Shown: piece after piece, positions 24,401 through 53,500 of the stretch
Position numbering within the stretch: the first letter of the stretch is position 1
How the letters are laid out: each line of letters opens with the position of its first letter
Origin: Sphaerodactylus townsendi
Lineage: Eukaryota
DNA length: 64,000 nt
NCBI RefSeq assembly: GCF_021028975.2
Contig: NC_059438.1
Span: 20,584,001 to 20,648,000, forward strand
Direction: 5' to 3'
Notes under the pieces: model-generated
What the model saw: only the letters and a program-made list of their open reading frames with translations
Database searches by the model: none
Told to the model about the DNA's origin: nothing
Position numbers and translations under genes: made by a program

Positions 24401-25904
24401 GAGACAGACTGGCCCAGTCATCCAGTGAATTTGAAGACATGATCAGCTATATTGAGTCTCTTCAACTTCAGTACTGCCTGGTCTTTTCAACTGGAAATGC
24501 TGAGGATTGGACCAAGGACTTTCTGCATGCCAAGCAAATGCTGTACCACTGAGCCACAGCCCCTCCCTTAGCCAGCTTCATGACTGCGGGGAGATTTGAA
24601 CCAGAATGTGCCCAGGGCCAGCACAACACTGTATTACACCACACTCATTATATAGACGTGGTCTTCGGGAAGATGTCTTAGAAGCTTAGGGGGGTTTGGA
24701 GGCTCTTCAGCACTTTTCATGCACCCAACATAACTTTGCAGGCCTGAGCACCCTTCTCAAGTGCTCGCACACAACTTCACTAGGCCTAGGAAACTTATCT
24801 GGTGCTACCACCCACCTCTGAATCACCCTCCTCCTCCTCCCGCAGGTTCCAAAGAAGGCAAGAAGAAAAACCTCTCCAGTGGGGAGTCTTCGTATTCACC
24901 TAGTGATACATCCCAGAAGAAGGAGAGCGCAACCAACGACAGACACACTGCTACACAGGAGGTCGACAGTGCCGACGAGAGCACAGATACCGAAGAAGCG
25001 GTAAGGAGATCACACCGAGCTTTGCCCTGCCAGAGTGAAATCTCAAAGATAAAATAGGCAGAAAGAAATGTTGTTTCCCTCTCTCGTGGAAATTCAAGTG
25101 TACTGAACCATGAACAGTGATGATATTCCATGTTCTACCAGGCAAAGAGACAACAGACCGCATCCAGTGGTAGGATCCAAAAATGTTAATAACAGGTTCC
25201 AATGGTGGTGGGATTCAAACAGTGGCGCCGCCGCACACACGCACCTCCAGTCCCTATTGGGCAGGGAGGTTGCTTTAGTAACCCCTTCTCGGCACTCAGA
25301 AAAAATTAGTAACCACTTCTAGAGAAGTGGTGAGAACTGGTTGGATCCCACCTCTGACCGCATCTACCATATAGTCACCAGATCTAGCCGTGACCTGACT
25401 GAATCAGACCTTCCATGGCTGTGATATTCCTACACCAAACAGAATTGCCCACCTATCCAGAATGCTTGCCATCCTTCTAAATAGATGTTGCAGGACAGAG
25501 TGAATAGTCCCAGCACACACCCCACCGTTGCACCTGAAATTTTGAGATTATTTATGTCCATCCCACCTTTCTCTCCAATGGGGACTCAACTTCTCACTTC
25601 CATTTTATCCTCACCAAAGCCCTGTTAGGCTAAGAGTGCGTGACCGCTCCCAAGGTCACCCAGCAAGCTTCCTTGACGGTGTGCGTGTGTGGGGGGGGGG
25701 GGGGGGGTTTCCCAGTTTCTAGTCTGATACTTTTAACAGCTACACCACGTTGACTCCTGTATCTCCCCACCCCAAACAATCCCATCTGCAAACTGTGGTT
25801 TTAAAAATCCCAGAGTTGTGACTTCTGAAGAGAAGGGTGGATAAAAGCATCTTGTTTCTTTGCAGGCAAGAAATCACAGGTTGGATCCCGAGAGCAGCCA
25901 GTAA
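9478..25904 (+). CDS. hnRNP C / RALY / RALYL-family protein lacking an RRM in this window (205 aa; 190 aa from the Met at 11281)
   Basis: join(9478-9514,11273-11351,21704-21748,21934-22082,23223-23336,24846-25000,25866-25904). All introns are GT-AG, phases 1,2,2,1,1,0, total 618 nt. Protein: MTLFGSREACWRYPDMAQEPKLSHTRSGQKRQHSGGLYHCDLDYEVYKEDFPYRVYEYQKIPPLISHIPVKTKRSHLGSGGKSALGPHTGLRSSSNSMAGRTKLRAEELHSIKGELSQIKAQVDSLLESLDRMDQRREHPTGSKEGKKKNLSSGESSYSPSDTSQKKESATNDRHTATQEVDSADESTDTEEAARNHRLDPESSQ*. It matches family motifs DIN(L/M)AxEPK, DLDYDxxRxDxYxR, PxKRxR and the zipper [30 protein letters not shown]. The first exon (9478-9514) is less certain than the rest. Confidence 0.85.
11934..12546. 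mobile_element. hAT-type non-autonomous DNA transposon with a long internal inverted repeat, nested in an older MITE (about 11789-12648)
   Basis: Perfect 8-bp TSD CTCTAAAC (11926-11933, 12547-12554), termini CAGAGGCGT...ACGCCACTG, internal arms about 12050-12370. Confidence 0.85.
13856..14514. mobile_element. hAT-type DNA transposon inserted in a reverse tRNA-SINE (about 13587-14535)
   Basis: TIR CAGGGGTGGGCAATTA / TAATGCCCAGGTCTG; TSD CACTGCAC / CACTACAC. The SINE resumes after the insert. Confidence 0.85.
15828..16127 (-). mobile_element. Full-length tRNA-derived SINE, reverse
   Basis: Reverse complement of 522-829. Confidence 0.85.
16174..16254. repeat. (TTTG)n microsatellite
   Basis: About 20 tetramer units. 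Confidence 0.97.
17146..17525 (+). mobile_element. 5S-rRNA-derived SINE with a nested small DNA element (about 17214-17381)
   Basis: 5S-like head (gatctcatcag..agaagataagcagggt...gtacttggatgggag) and Sauria/BovB-type tail (gaggaaggcaatggcagaccac). Nested piece has termini CAATGGCGTA / TACGTCACTG. Confidence 0.6.
21322..21563. repeat. Spacer-less 242-bp inverted repeat (121-bp arms)
   Basis: Centre GGAAATT|AATTTCC at 21442/21443. Arms run cattagtcaaccaatcca...tggattggttgactaatg. Confidence 0.92.
23902..24143 (-). mobile_element. tRNA-derived SINE, reverse, 5'-truncated
   Basis: Reverse complement of the 3' part of 522-829 with a (GAA)n tail. Confidence 0.85.
25165..25356. mobile_element. hAT MITE (CAGTGGT[A/G]GGAT family)
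   Basis: Perfect TSD ACCGCATC; TIR CAGTGGTAGGATCC / GGATCCCACCTCTG. Related copies at 45885-46022 and 58457-58593. Confidence 0.85.
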
Positions 25905-26215
25905 GTCCTTCAGAGCACCGTAATCCCTTGCCCTGCATTCCCTTACCTGTGTTTTGTATTTCTTTCAATGCGTCGAAGTTAAACAGTGCTTTAGTTACGT
26001 CAGCAATCGGTTCTGGTGCGGAGAAGAGCAAGGATTGAGCCCCGATCAACCAGCTCCTTTCTCCGGTCTGGAAGAGAGGCGAGAGATTCGTAGGACGTGC
26101 AGGAGAGGAAGCAACGTGTTCTTTGTTGTGAAAACTTAAATATGCCAACCTGGGAGGAGGGTGGGAAAAGCAGGCAATAAGAGGGCCCAACTGAACCTGC
26201 CCACCATGAAACAGA

Positions 26216-26221
26216 AATAAA
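26216..26221 (+). terminator. Candidate polyadenylation signal for the RALY-like gene
   Basis: AATAAA about 310 nt after the TAA at 25902-25904, followed by a GT-rich stretch (tgtgttgtttaggtgtgtgg). Confidence 0.5.
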
Positions 26222-26842
26222 AACAGTAGCAGTCTCCTATGGCTATTATGTGTTGTTTAGGTGTGTGGCTTCGTAAATATCCTGGGCAGCCATTAACTTT
26301 CCTGTCTTATGTCACATCAGAGATGCTTGCATTCTACTCTCACATCTTATTAAAACATTTTTACCTTGCCTTTCCTCGTGGTTCAAGGAGGCGTACAATA
26401 CTAGTGGAAAACATTTTTAGTTTTCAGTCTCCCACACGGACCTTGTGATCGGCTACTTCCTAAGATCCGTGTCTCGAAAACGACCGGATAAATGACTAAG
26501 CAGAGCACTTAGCTGAGGCGTGAGACTGTCGATTATTTGATCGCAGTCCATGAAACCAAGAATACCCTCATGTAGGAGTCGGCCTACCTTTTAAAAAATC
26601 ACCTTATAGCATCGTCCAACAACAAATGGAGGCATCTGTTATCTGACTGCACTGCGGAAGTATTTTGGATCAAAGGCTCATTATTGAGAGCTCAGGATGT
26701 GGTGGGCTGCCCCTCTCCCTCCAGCAGAAGAGCCTCTCCCAGGTAGCCACATACCCCATCCAGAATCTTCCCAGCAAGGCCGCTCTGTGGTTGGGAAACC
26801 ATCTTTTAAAGACGGTCTCCTCCTCAAATAATGAGTCTAGAC

Positions 26843-27167
26843 CAGTGTTTCCCAACCTTTTCGAGGTCAGAGTACCCTTGACCTCACTCTTCATATCTCA
26901 CGGTACCCCTGCCGCCACCCTCCACCTTCTCCTCCCATTGCCCCTGCTTGCCACACACCCCACCTTTCCCTCCCAGGGTGAAGGGTAGCACTGGGGGTGG
27001 TGGTGGCTGCTGACCTTGTGGCAGGCCCTGCCCCATGGGCCAGCTCCATGTCCTTGCTGGCGCCGGTGGAAGACACCACAAAAATGAGGGGGGGGGGAGG
27101 TAGTGTTGCCACAGTACCCCTGGGACATGCTCACGGCACCCCAGGGAACCCTGGTTGAGAATGGCTG
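26843..27167. mobile_element. hAT-Charlie-type MITE
   Basis: Perfect TSD GTCTAGAC; termini CAGTGTTTCCCAACC / GGTTGAGAATGGCTG. Confidence 0.85.
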
Positions 27168-27429
27168 GTCTAGACAGTGTTCCCCTTTGTGCTTCTGTAG
27201 CAGTTTCCAGGAGCGTACTTCAGCCACACAGACTGTTTTAAAATATTTTAAAATGCCAAAAACCTTTAACCACCCTTTAGGAATATCTAAAAATCCCTCA
27301 GTGGAGGTGCCTTCTCTTCTAGCCTGGCTGATACACATGAGAACAGTGTCCTTTTAGTCTAGTCTAAATTCAGTGTGCCAGGGATTTTATTCATTACTGA
27401 CCCATGTGGTGACATCATATCATGATGTT

Positions 27430-27650
27430 TACTAAGCAGACTCTGTTTATGGGGTTGTTTGCCATTGCCTTTCCCAGTTGTCTACACTTTACCCCAGCAA
27501 GCTGGGTTCTCATTTAATGACCTGGGAAGGATGGAAGGCTGAGTCAACCTTGAGCTACCTGAAACCCACTTCCGTCCGGATCAAACTCAGGTCGTGAGCA
27601 GAGCTTTGATTTCAGTACTGCAGCTTATCGCTCTGTGCTGCAAGGCTCCT
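27430..27650 (-). mobile_element. Sauria SINE
   Basis: Characteristic tttgccattgcctt...caagctgggt..tcatt..gacct.ggaaggatggaaggctgagtcaacct core. Confidence 0.75.
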
Positions 27651-29291
27651 ACTTTAAGGTTTTACAGGATATTTACTGGTGTTTTTTCCTTCTCACATGA
27701 AAATAATTGTTTTCCTCCATACATGGAGTCCCCACCAATTTTTCAGCTTCATACAAACCTTTACACTACAGTGAAATGTAAAAACCAGAGCCAGAAAATT
27801 GTGAAATAGATTACCAGTGATTAGGCCTCTTATCAAAGTCCGCCCACAACCACTCTAAGTCTGTCTTCTAACTGTTACTAAGTCTAGCTATTTATATTTC
27901 CCTGAACATCCCCTGCTTTCTTGGTTCCTTTACTAAGTGCCAGTCTTTGGGCTGGGATGTAGCACACATTCTGAAAAATGTTGCGTATACTGATATTAGA
28001 TCAATTGTTATCTAATATCCAGTATGCTTTTCCTTCCAGGATAGATTCTCAAAACATGGTTATGAGATCCACTGATCCCAGGAAAACAGGCCTGAGTCAG
28101 TACACTTACTACACATTTAACATGAAGCTAATTACTAACCTCTGCTATAACATGACTCTGTATCATTTACTGTATATACATTTTCCGATGCATATCCCAC
28201 TTCTTCAGGAAGGAGCCCAATTTTATTTTAAGTATCCTACTGGTGGTGAGCTTTCTAGCTGTAAAATTTAATTTGTCTACCAACCCCCCCCCCCAAAAAA
28301 AACCCCCCCTGCTGCACAGAGCTGTTCGTAATAACAAAAATTCCCTTTTTAAGGAAAAAAAGAAACTCAAGGGGATTTGCAAATGCAAATTTGTTTTAAC
28401 TGCCCAGAAGCTTGAGAAGAAATTCCCCAAGAGGCAAAAGTGTTTTCCTTTGATTTTAGCAAAGTGTTAAAAAAATTTAAATTAACATAAACCATCTGGA
28501 AAACATTTAAACAAATTTACTGGCACCGTAACTCGAAGCATATCTCCCTGGGGAAAAACACCTTTGAAACTACTGGTACTTTGGCTGAAGTAAGAGGAAA
28601 AACACATACAGACGCCAGGCTTTGAGTCAATGCATTTTTTAAAAAAAACATGTTTAATGTGTGACATTTTAAAGACCTCCACAACCAGGCGAAAATGCAG
28701 CTTTTCAGGGTCAGTCCATGGAATGTGCCTTCCAGAACCAAAAGCTCAGTCAACAAATCCAGAAGTCCGTCTGCCACAAACCACTAATTCTGTTTCCTCT
28801 TCACTGAAATAATAACAGCAATTCAAAAGCTCTTCCCAGTTTCCCCTAAATCTCTCTGAGCAAACTACAAAAATAATAGGGATTCAGCAGTCTTTCAACA
28901 GAAGGCTGGAGATGCTGTTCCTGGGTTTCAAAAGCGTCTCCTGCAACTGTTCTCGAATGTCCTTTAATGCAGCCTCCCTCTGGAGTTTCCTGGCATCGAC
29001 AGCTCTGCTCTGAAAGGCTGATGCCAGTTGCTTCGGTGATGACCAGCAGAGGAAATATACAGCTGGTCCCTCACGAAGGAAGGAGTCGCGCGCTGGGCAC
29101 AGGGTGGTGCGCCAGGGAGCTTCAGGCGGATTAGTGGCATTGCCCCAACCCTGCTCCAGGTCTTTGGATTTCGGAGTCCTTGCCAGAGCAGATTCCCGGG
29201 GAGAGCGAGAGAGATGGCCGGGCGGTGGACCCCAGCAGCGCCTCGTCTAGTGGTGACCACCGGGTGCCAAGGATGCCCAGATGCCTCTGGT

Positions 29292-30152
29292 TCAAGCGGT
29301 GGGCGCAGCAGGGGGCTCCCCCGTCTCCCCCTCGGACGGCTCTTGGGTCGTCTGGGCGCTTTTGCGCTTGGCGGCGCGCAGGAGGCTTTGGCGCAGCAGC
29401 GGGTAGAGGCGCTGGCAGCCGTCGAGGCCGAGGCGCACGGCCTGAGCCCAGCTCTCCGGCTCCCCGCCCTGCCCGCTGCCCAGCAAGCCCGAGACCTGCC
29501 CCAGCGCCGGCAGGAGCGCCACGGTGAGGCTGGCGGCGGCGCCGCGCTCCTCGGCCTCGCCCGGCTGCAGCAGCCACTCGCCCCCCGAGGGCGGCCGGCA
29601 GAGCGCGCAGGCGGCCACCAGGTCGTACAGCTCCACGCCGGCGTCGGCCAGCGCCAGCCCCGCGGCGCACAAGGCGGCCGCCAACGCGGAGCCGCCGTCC
29701 TGCAGGAGCAGCGCGCTCACGTCCAGCTGCGCTCGCGGGTAGCGCGCCAGGCGCACGGCCGGCTCCAGCGCCTCCTGCAGCGCCAGGCTCAGCTCCGGCT
29801 CCCGGTCGCTCGGCCGCCCGCGGGCCCCGCGCCCGGAGAACGGCGCCCGGCGGAACTCGCACGCCAGCCGCCCCCGAGGCTCGCCGCCGCTCGGCCCGCC
29901 GCCCCCGCCGCCCCCCGCTTCGCGCGGCCCGGCCACGGCGCACAGCACTTTGGTGCCGCCGTCCAGCTCCACGTAGGCCGAGCCTTTCGCCTGGCTCAGC
30001 AGCCCCACGCGGGCGAACAGCGGCTGCAGCGCCGTCGGGTCCCGGCGCGCGTCTCCCGGCGGAGGCTCTGCATCCTGGGCTGCCGCGGGCACGAACAGCA
30101 GCGGCGCCTGCGACTCCTCCGGGCCGGGCACCCGCCTGTGGTCCAGCGGCAT
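29292..30152 (-). CDS. EXOSC6: Exosome complex component MTR3 (RNase PH-like), single exon, 286 aa
   Basis: MPLDHRRVPGPEESQ...LFARVGLLSQAKGSAYVELDGGTKVLCAVAGPRE...GRLACEFRRAPFS...LQEALEPAVRLARYPRAQLDVSALLLQDGGSALAAAL...ALADAGVELYDLV. Intronless, GC-rich, and directly downstream of AARS1 as in mammals. The start is the ATG at 30152, not the ORF-track start at 30203. Confidence 0.97.
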   Translation of the reverse strand: MPLDHRRVPGPEESQAPLLFVPAAAQDAEPPPGDARRDPTALQPLFARVGLLSQAKGSAYVELDGGTKVLCAVAGPREAGGGGGGGPSGGEPRGRLACEFRRAPFSGRGARGRPSDREPELSLALQEALEPAVRLARYPRAQLDVSALLLQDGGSALAAALCAAGLALADAGVELYDLVAACALCRPPSGGEWLLQPGEAEERGAAASLTVALLPALGQVSGLLGSGQGGEPESWAQAVRLGLDGCQRLYPLLRQSLLRAAKRKSAQTTQEPSEGETGEPPAAPTA

Positions 30153-30290
30153 GGTCTCTCCGCGAACCGCGCTCCGGAAGGGACGCAGCGGGGAACCTCC
30201 CACCGGCCGGCCCGCGCGCGCCCTCTGGCGGCTCCCGCGTGTACTTTCAGAGAGCGAATCGTAACCGGAACCACTGGGCGCTGCTGGGGA
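29300..30290. promoter_or_regulatory. CpG island covering the EXOSC6 CDS and promoter
   Basis: Very high GC and CpG density compared with the rest of the window. ETS-like CCGGAA motifs near 30174 and 30265. Confidence 0.85.
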
Positions 30291-31255
30291 GACTCACAAC
30301 GTTGGTGCCAGCCTAAAGCGATCTGGCTCAGAGCAGCCTTTGTCAAACGAGTAGTTTCCACGGGCAAATCCACAAAATGGTTGGAATAAATGCTGTTAGC
30401 CTTTGACGTGCCCCTGGACTCTTGTTTCAGATTACCCACAGTGCAATTTTGTGCTTGCTTTCTGGGGGTTTTTTTGCTGGCAAATTGACCCTGGACTTCC
30501 TTGGGTGGACTCCCACCCAAATGCGTACCAGGGCCAAACCTGCTTCTTGGCTTCTGAAATTGGATGAGAGTATGCTAGCCTGGGCCATTCAGGTCACGGC
30601 ACTGATATTTGATCCCACAGACTTCAGTCTGTTTAGACTAGTGCAGCTTTAAATAGAATTGTACCATAACAGGACTATGCCTCTGGGTGATGCTTGTAAG
30701 GGGAAGAAAAAAATCTCCCTTGTATGTGACGGAACTGCCTTGGAACTGCTATGTTTTGGAAAAAACTAACAAAAGCCACAGTCTCCCAATTCAATTTTTA
30801 TACCACTTTCATGGGTCATTAAAGAACCCCCCCCCCCCAATAATATCACAAACAGACTGCACCAGCAGTAATAGTCTTGCAGCTTGGGCTTCCTGGATAG
30901 GCTTCACTCGTACCTTTCCCTCTCTTCTGTGGCTGGGCCCTGAACAGGCTGGTGACTAAATGGCACGAGATCTGCTTTGCAAGGAGCTTGTCCAGATTCA
31001 GGCATCTCCATCTGCAAGACCTTACAGAGCTGCTGCCAGTGAGCAGGCAATACTGACCTCAGTGGACCAATAGACTGCCTCGGTACAAGGAAGCTCCATG
31101 TGTGGGTTATTATGGGATGATGCTATGGCTCAGCGATAGAACATCACCTTTGCACGCACCATGTCTCACGTTCAGTCCTCAGCATGTGATGCCACAAACC
31201 TCTACTTGAGACTCTGAAGAGCTGTGACTAATCAGAACAGACAATGCTCAGACCC

Positions 31256-31722
31256 TAAAGAAGGATATTTGACAAGCTGGAATGTGTCCAGAGGAGGGCA
31301 ACCAAAATGGTAAAAGGTCTGGAATCCATGCCCTACGAAGAGAGACTAAGGGAGCTGGGGATGTCAAGTCTGAGAAAGCAAAGGTTAAGGGGGGACATGG
31401 TAACTATGTTTAAATATTTGAAGGGATGCCATGTCAAAGAGGGAGCAAGCTTGTTTTCTGCTGCTCCAGAGACTAGGACACGAAGTAATGGATTCAAGGT
31501 GCAGGAAAAGAGATTCCACCTAAACATTAGGAAGAACTTTCTGACTGTCAGGGCTGTTCGATAGTGGAATTCGCTGCCTCGGAGAGTGATGGAGTCTCCT
31601 TCTTTGGAGGTTTTTAAACGGAGGCTGGATGAACATATGTCGGGAGTGCTTTGATTGTGTGTTCCTGCATGGGGGGGGATTGGACTTGACGGCCCTTCCA
31701 ACTTTATCATTCTATGATTCTA
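31256..31722 (+). mobile_element. CR1 LINE 3' fragment (ORF2 C-terminus plus 3'UTR)
   Basis: Peptide MVKGLESMPYEERLRELGMSSLRKQRLRGDMVTMFKYLKG...TRSNGFK...FHLNIRKNFLTVRAVR is typical of the CR1 ORF2 end; tail TTCTATGATTCTA. Confidence 0.92.
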
Positions 31723-31842
31723 AAGCATCACCTTTTTTAGTTTACAACACTATAAAAGTCACATCCTTTATCAAGCAACTGCTCGCACAGACACTTTGTT
31801 TTGATAGCCACAAATGCCCAAAGACACACTTGCATCTTTACT

Positions 31843-31848
31843 TTTATT
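31843..31848 (-). terminator. Candidate AARS1 polyadenylation signal
   Basis: TTTATT on plus (AATAAA on minus) about 540 nt past the AARS1 stop. The downstream minus-strand sequence is GT-rich. Confidence 0.55.
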
Positions 31849-32385
31849 TAGCAGTCAACCTAGTGGCCACAGTTCCCCATGACGAAGAGAATGAGCCCAC
31901 CTAAGGCTTTGCTACAAACAACACAGGTTAATACTACGATTAGCAGCCAGAGCAGCCACAGTTACAGAGACGAGAGCAGCCTTGAAGTTCACACCTCCGT
32001 CTCATCACGTGACAGCAACCGTCTCAAGTGCCAAAGCACGGACGAAAGTTGGGAGTTCAGAATCTTGGACACGATTCTTTAAACTGCGCTGGGGTTGGGC
32101 AGCACTTCAGAGCACTGAACTTAACCATCTCAGGAAGCAAATGACAAACATTTGGGCACAAAAAAAATATCTGAGGGAGGTAACTGATGGCTGGCTTCAC
32201 AGGGCGGGTCAGTTAGTACCACAAGACTAGATTAGAATCTGTGCAGTGCTGGCATTTTGTGCTACATCTGGGTCACTGTCTGAGCTGGCGTATTCAGAAG
32301 GGCAGCAACCCCGTAGCCTACATTCTCCACTAAAAGTCAGCTCCGAACCTTACAATTCCCTTCTTCGGTGGGTGCCAGATTGAGG

Positions 32386-51023
<18,638 letters not shown>

Positions 51024-52702
51024 CTTCAGAGCACCACTCAGTACTGGTCAGAGGAAAAACAAACAAACAAAAAAAGCAAACAAGACTTGAGGGCAAGGCT
51101 AAATTTCTATATAAGGATAAGCCGCTGTGCTCAGATCTGGAATTTCAGGTTGCAGCAGTAACCGTTACGGAGGCAATCGGAGTAAATGCAAAGAGGTTGC
51201 AAATGTAGTGACGTTCAGACCTAATAACAACCATCTATTTCAGAATAGTCTTCCCTTCCCCACATATCTGGTGTGATATGAAAGGAGGGGGGGGGATTCC
51301 TAAAGATATCTAAACCATCCTCCAGACAATGCTATTTGTGAACCAAGTCCATATAAAGAGTTGCTCTCAATTTAATCTCTGCCTCTCTGCATTTGGCCAT
51401 TTCTAGCAGAATGACCAATGTATCTTCCAAAAGCGCCATCATATTTTTCAAGCAGGAATGCTTTTTAGTGGCTGCAGTTATCCTTGTGACCAATCATTTT
51501 TGATTATGGGAATGCATATAATTATAAATGACAATGCGGATACCTGGAAATATATTTATTTACTTCACTTATATCACACTTTCTCTCTCGATAGGGACCC
51601 AAAATGACTCGTTACAATCTCTTCTCCATTTTTATTCTCCCAACAACCCTAACAGCCCTAGACCGAGGGGGTGACTAACCCACGGTCACCCAGTGCATTC
51701 CCACAGCTGATTGGCAACTTGAATTAGGTCTCGCAGACACTCTAACCACTACACCATGTTGGTGTTACACCGGAAGCAAGATACAAGTTGACTATAAACT
51801 TGCTATATTTACACACCTTTCAAAAAATTAACAAAGAGTAGTACCGGGGGGGGGGGGGGAACTAATGCACAATGCAGAAATGGCCTGTTTCCTGCAGTTT
51901 AGTTGCAGTCTCGACGGTCAGCCATTTCTCCCTGATGACAGCTCTCTACTCTGTGAACCCACACAGTGCTGCAACACTGATATCAGTGCACACCTGCTTT
52001 CAGGGAAATGATGAGCCAACAGAAAGAACAGATCTGAGCCTTGTTTCCTAAGCAGACACTACTCAAGCCAGAAGCCTCCCAAAGCTACAAGCAAAGGCAG
52101 AAATCTCCAGCGCAAAATCCACATGGCATTTGTAGAACAAACATCTCTCCAAATAGCTCCAGCCAAAATTATGTCTCAGCAAACATTTTCCAAGATTCAT
52201 CACCATTTCTTCTCAGATCCCGTTCTTAAAACCCACCCAGGAACCCCTTACAATGGAGATGTTAAAATCATACAACCCCACACCATTTTTGTGCACTATT
52301 AGCCTCGATTTCCCATGGGGCAGAAAAAAATGGGAAAGAAGAGATGGGGAAGAGGCAAGATCCTACATTAAAAAAAAATTCACCTGCCCAATGAGTCACA
52401 ACCATGGGACCAGAATAGAAATGACGCTACATCAGCATGTACCTTTGGAAGGATGATCAAAAACTAACAAAGCAGTGGGCTGGTTTAGTGGTTAAAGGGG
52501 CAGATTTTGGAAGACACAACTTCAAGGAAATTGATGTTGTAGACCTCTTTGGGTCCCACTGGGGAGGGAAAAAAAGGAACTAAGTACCAAAATAAATACA
52601 GGGAATGATTTGCAAACTGATAAGTTAACCATGGTGCGCATGAAACCATTCAGGAAACAGACATGATCCATTTCCCAAGTGGTTTCATGCATGTATGTAG
52701 AT

Positions 52703-52889
52703 CAGTGGTTCTCAACCTTTCTAATGCAACAACCCTTTAATACAGTTCCTCATGTTGTGGTGACCCCCAACCCTAACATTTATCCATTTTACAGATGGAG
52801 AACACTGATGCAGAAAGTCTTAGGCGACCCCTGTGAAAGGGTCGTTCGACCCCCCAAAGGGGTCCCAACCCCTAGGTTGAGAACCACTG
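52703..52889. mobile_element. SPIN-like (Space Invaders/URR1-type) non-autonomous hAT element
   Basis: Perfect TSD ATGTAGAT. Starts CAGTGGTTCTCAACCTT.CTAATGC...CCCTTTAATACAGTTCCTCATGTTGTGGTGACCCCCAAC and ends GGTTGAGAACCACTG, matching recalled SPIN/URR1 termini. Confidence 0.8.
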
Positions 52890-53432
52890 ATGTAGATACA
52901 TAGCATCTAAACTATAGTAGGGAGACCTCACTTGGTCAGATTCCTGAAAAAAGTATAGAAAGATCCCACACTACCACTGGGGGGAGGGGGGAATGCAGAT
53001 GCCCGGTTTACCAAGCGCTTTACACTGACCCCATAACAAGCTACCACGTGGCAAAATGTCATCTTCATTCGGCCACGCAGCCAGGGACATGCATTTCTGC
53101 CCCAGTAAAAGCAAACTACTGGTCTGTACTGCTGGCTTTAGATTACACCCACCCACCCCTTATGAACTACAAGGATTAACCCTCATATCACACTTTGCTT
53201 CCCAAGCCAAAGACACACACATCACACCGTCTTGGCAGGAACCAAACTCCCAGCATTCTCTGCAGCTGTGGCCCTAGTGCAGGGCTTATGGAAGAATCTG
53301 GGAACCCACTTTATCTTGTAATGCAGAGCAAGACTCCTGAAGGAACCTCCGCAGAATTTCATTCATTCGTTCGTTCTTCCGCCCCTCTACCCCACAACAC
53401 AACCACACCCCGCTTCCCGATCCCAACCCTAC

Positions 53433-53500
53433 CGGTCTCCTAGCAGGCTTTCCTCCACCAGCTGCTGCAACGCTGCCACCGTGCATCCAAACCTGTTACG
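53433..53500 (-). other. AARS1: Candidate non-coding exon 1 of AARS1
   Basis: Minus-strand donor ctaggagaccg|GTAGGG at 53432-53427. The first coding exon has an acceptor 20 nt upstream of its ATG (AG at 51045-51044), so an upstream exon is required. The 5' end is approximate. Confidence 0.55.

Noticed and set aside
30153-30203. N-terminal extension of EXOSC6 given by the ORF track
   Set aside because: It starts at a non-ATG codon; the conserved MPxDHRR N-terminus begins at the ATG at 30152.
29214-30389. 391-aa plus-strand ORF and the 270-aa alternative-frame ORF (29131-29943) overlapping EXOSC6
   Set aside because: Shadow ORFs caused by extreme GC content and scarce stop codons; low-complexity R/A/G/P sequence with no recognisable domain.
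31307-31564. 85-aa ORF as a host gene
   Set aside because: It is the C-terminal remnant of CR1 ORF2, with a premature stop.
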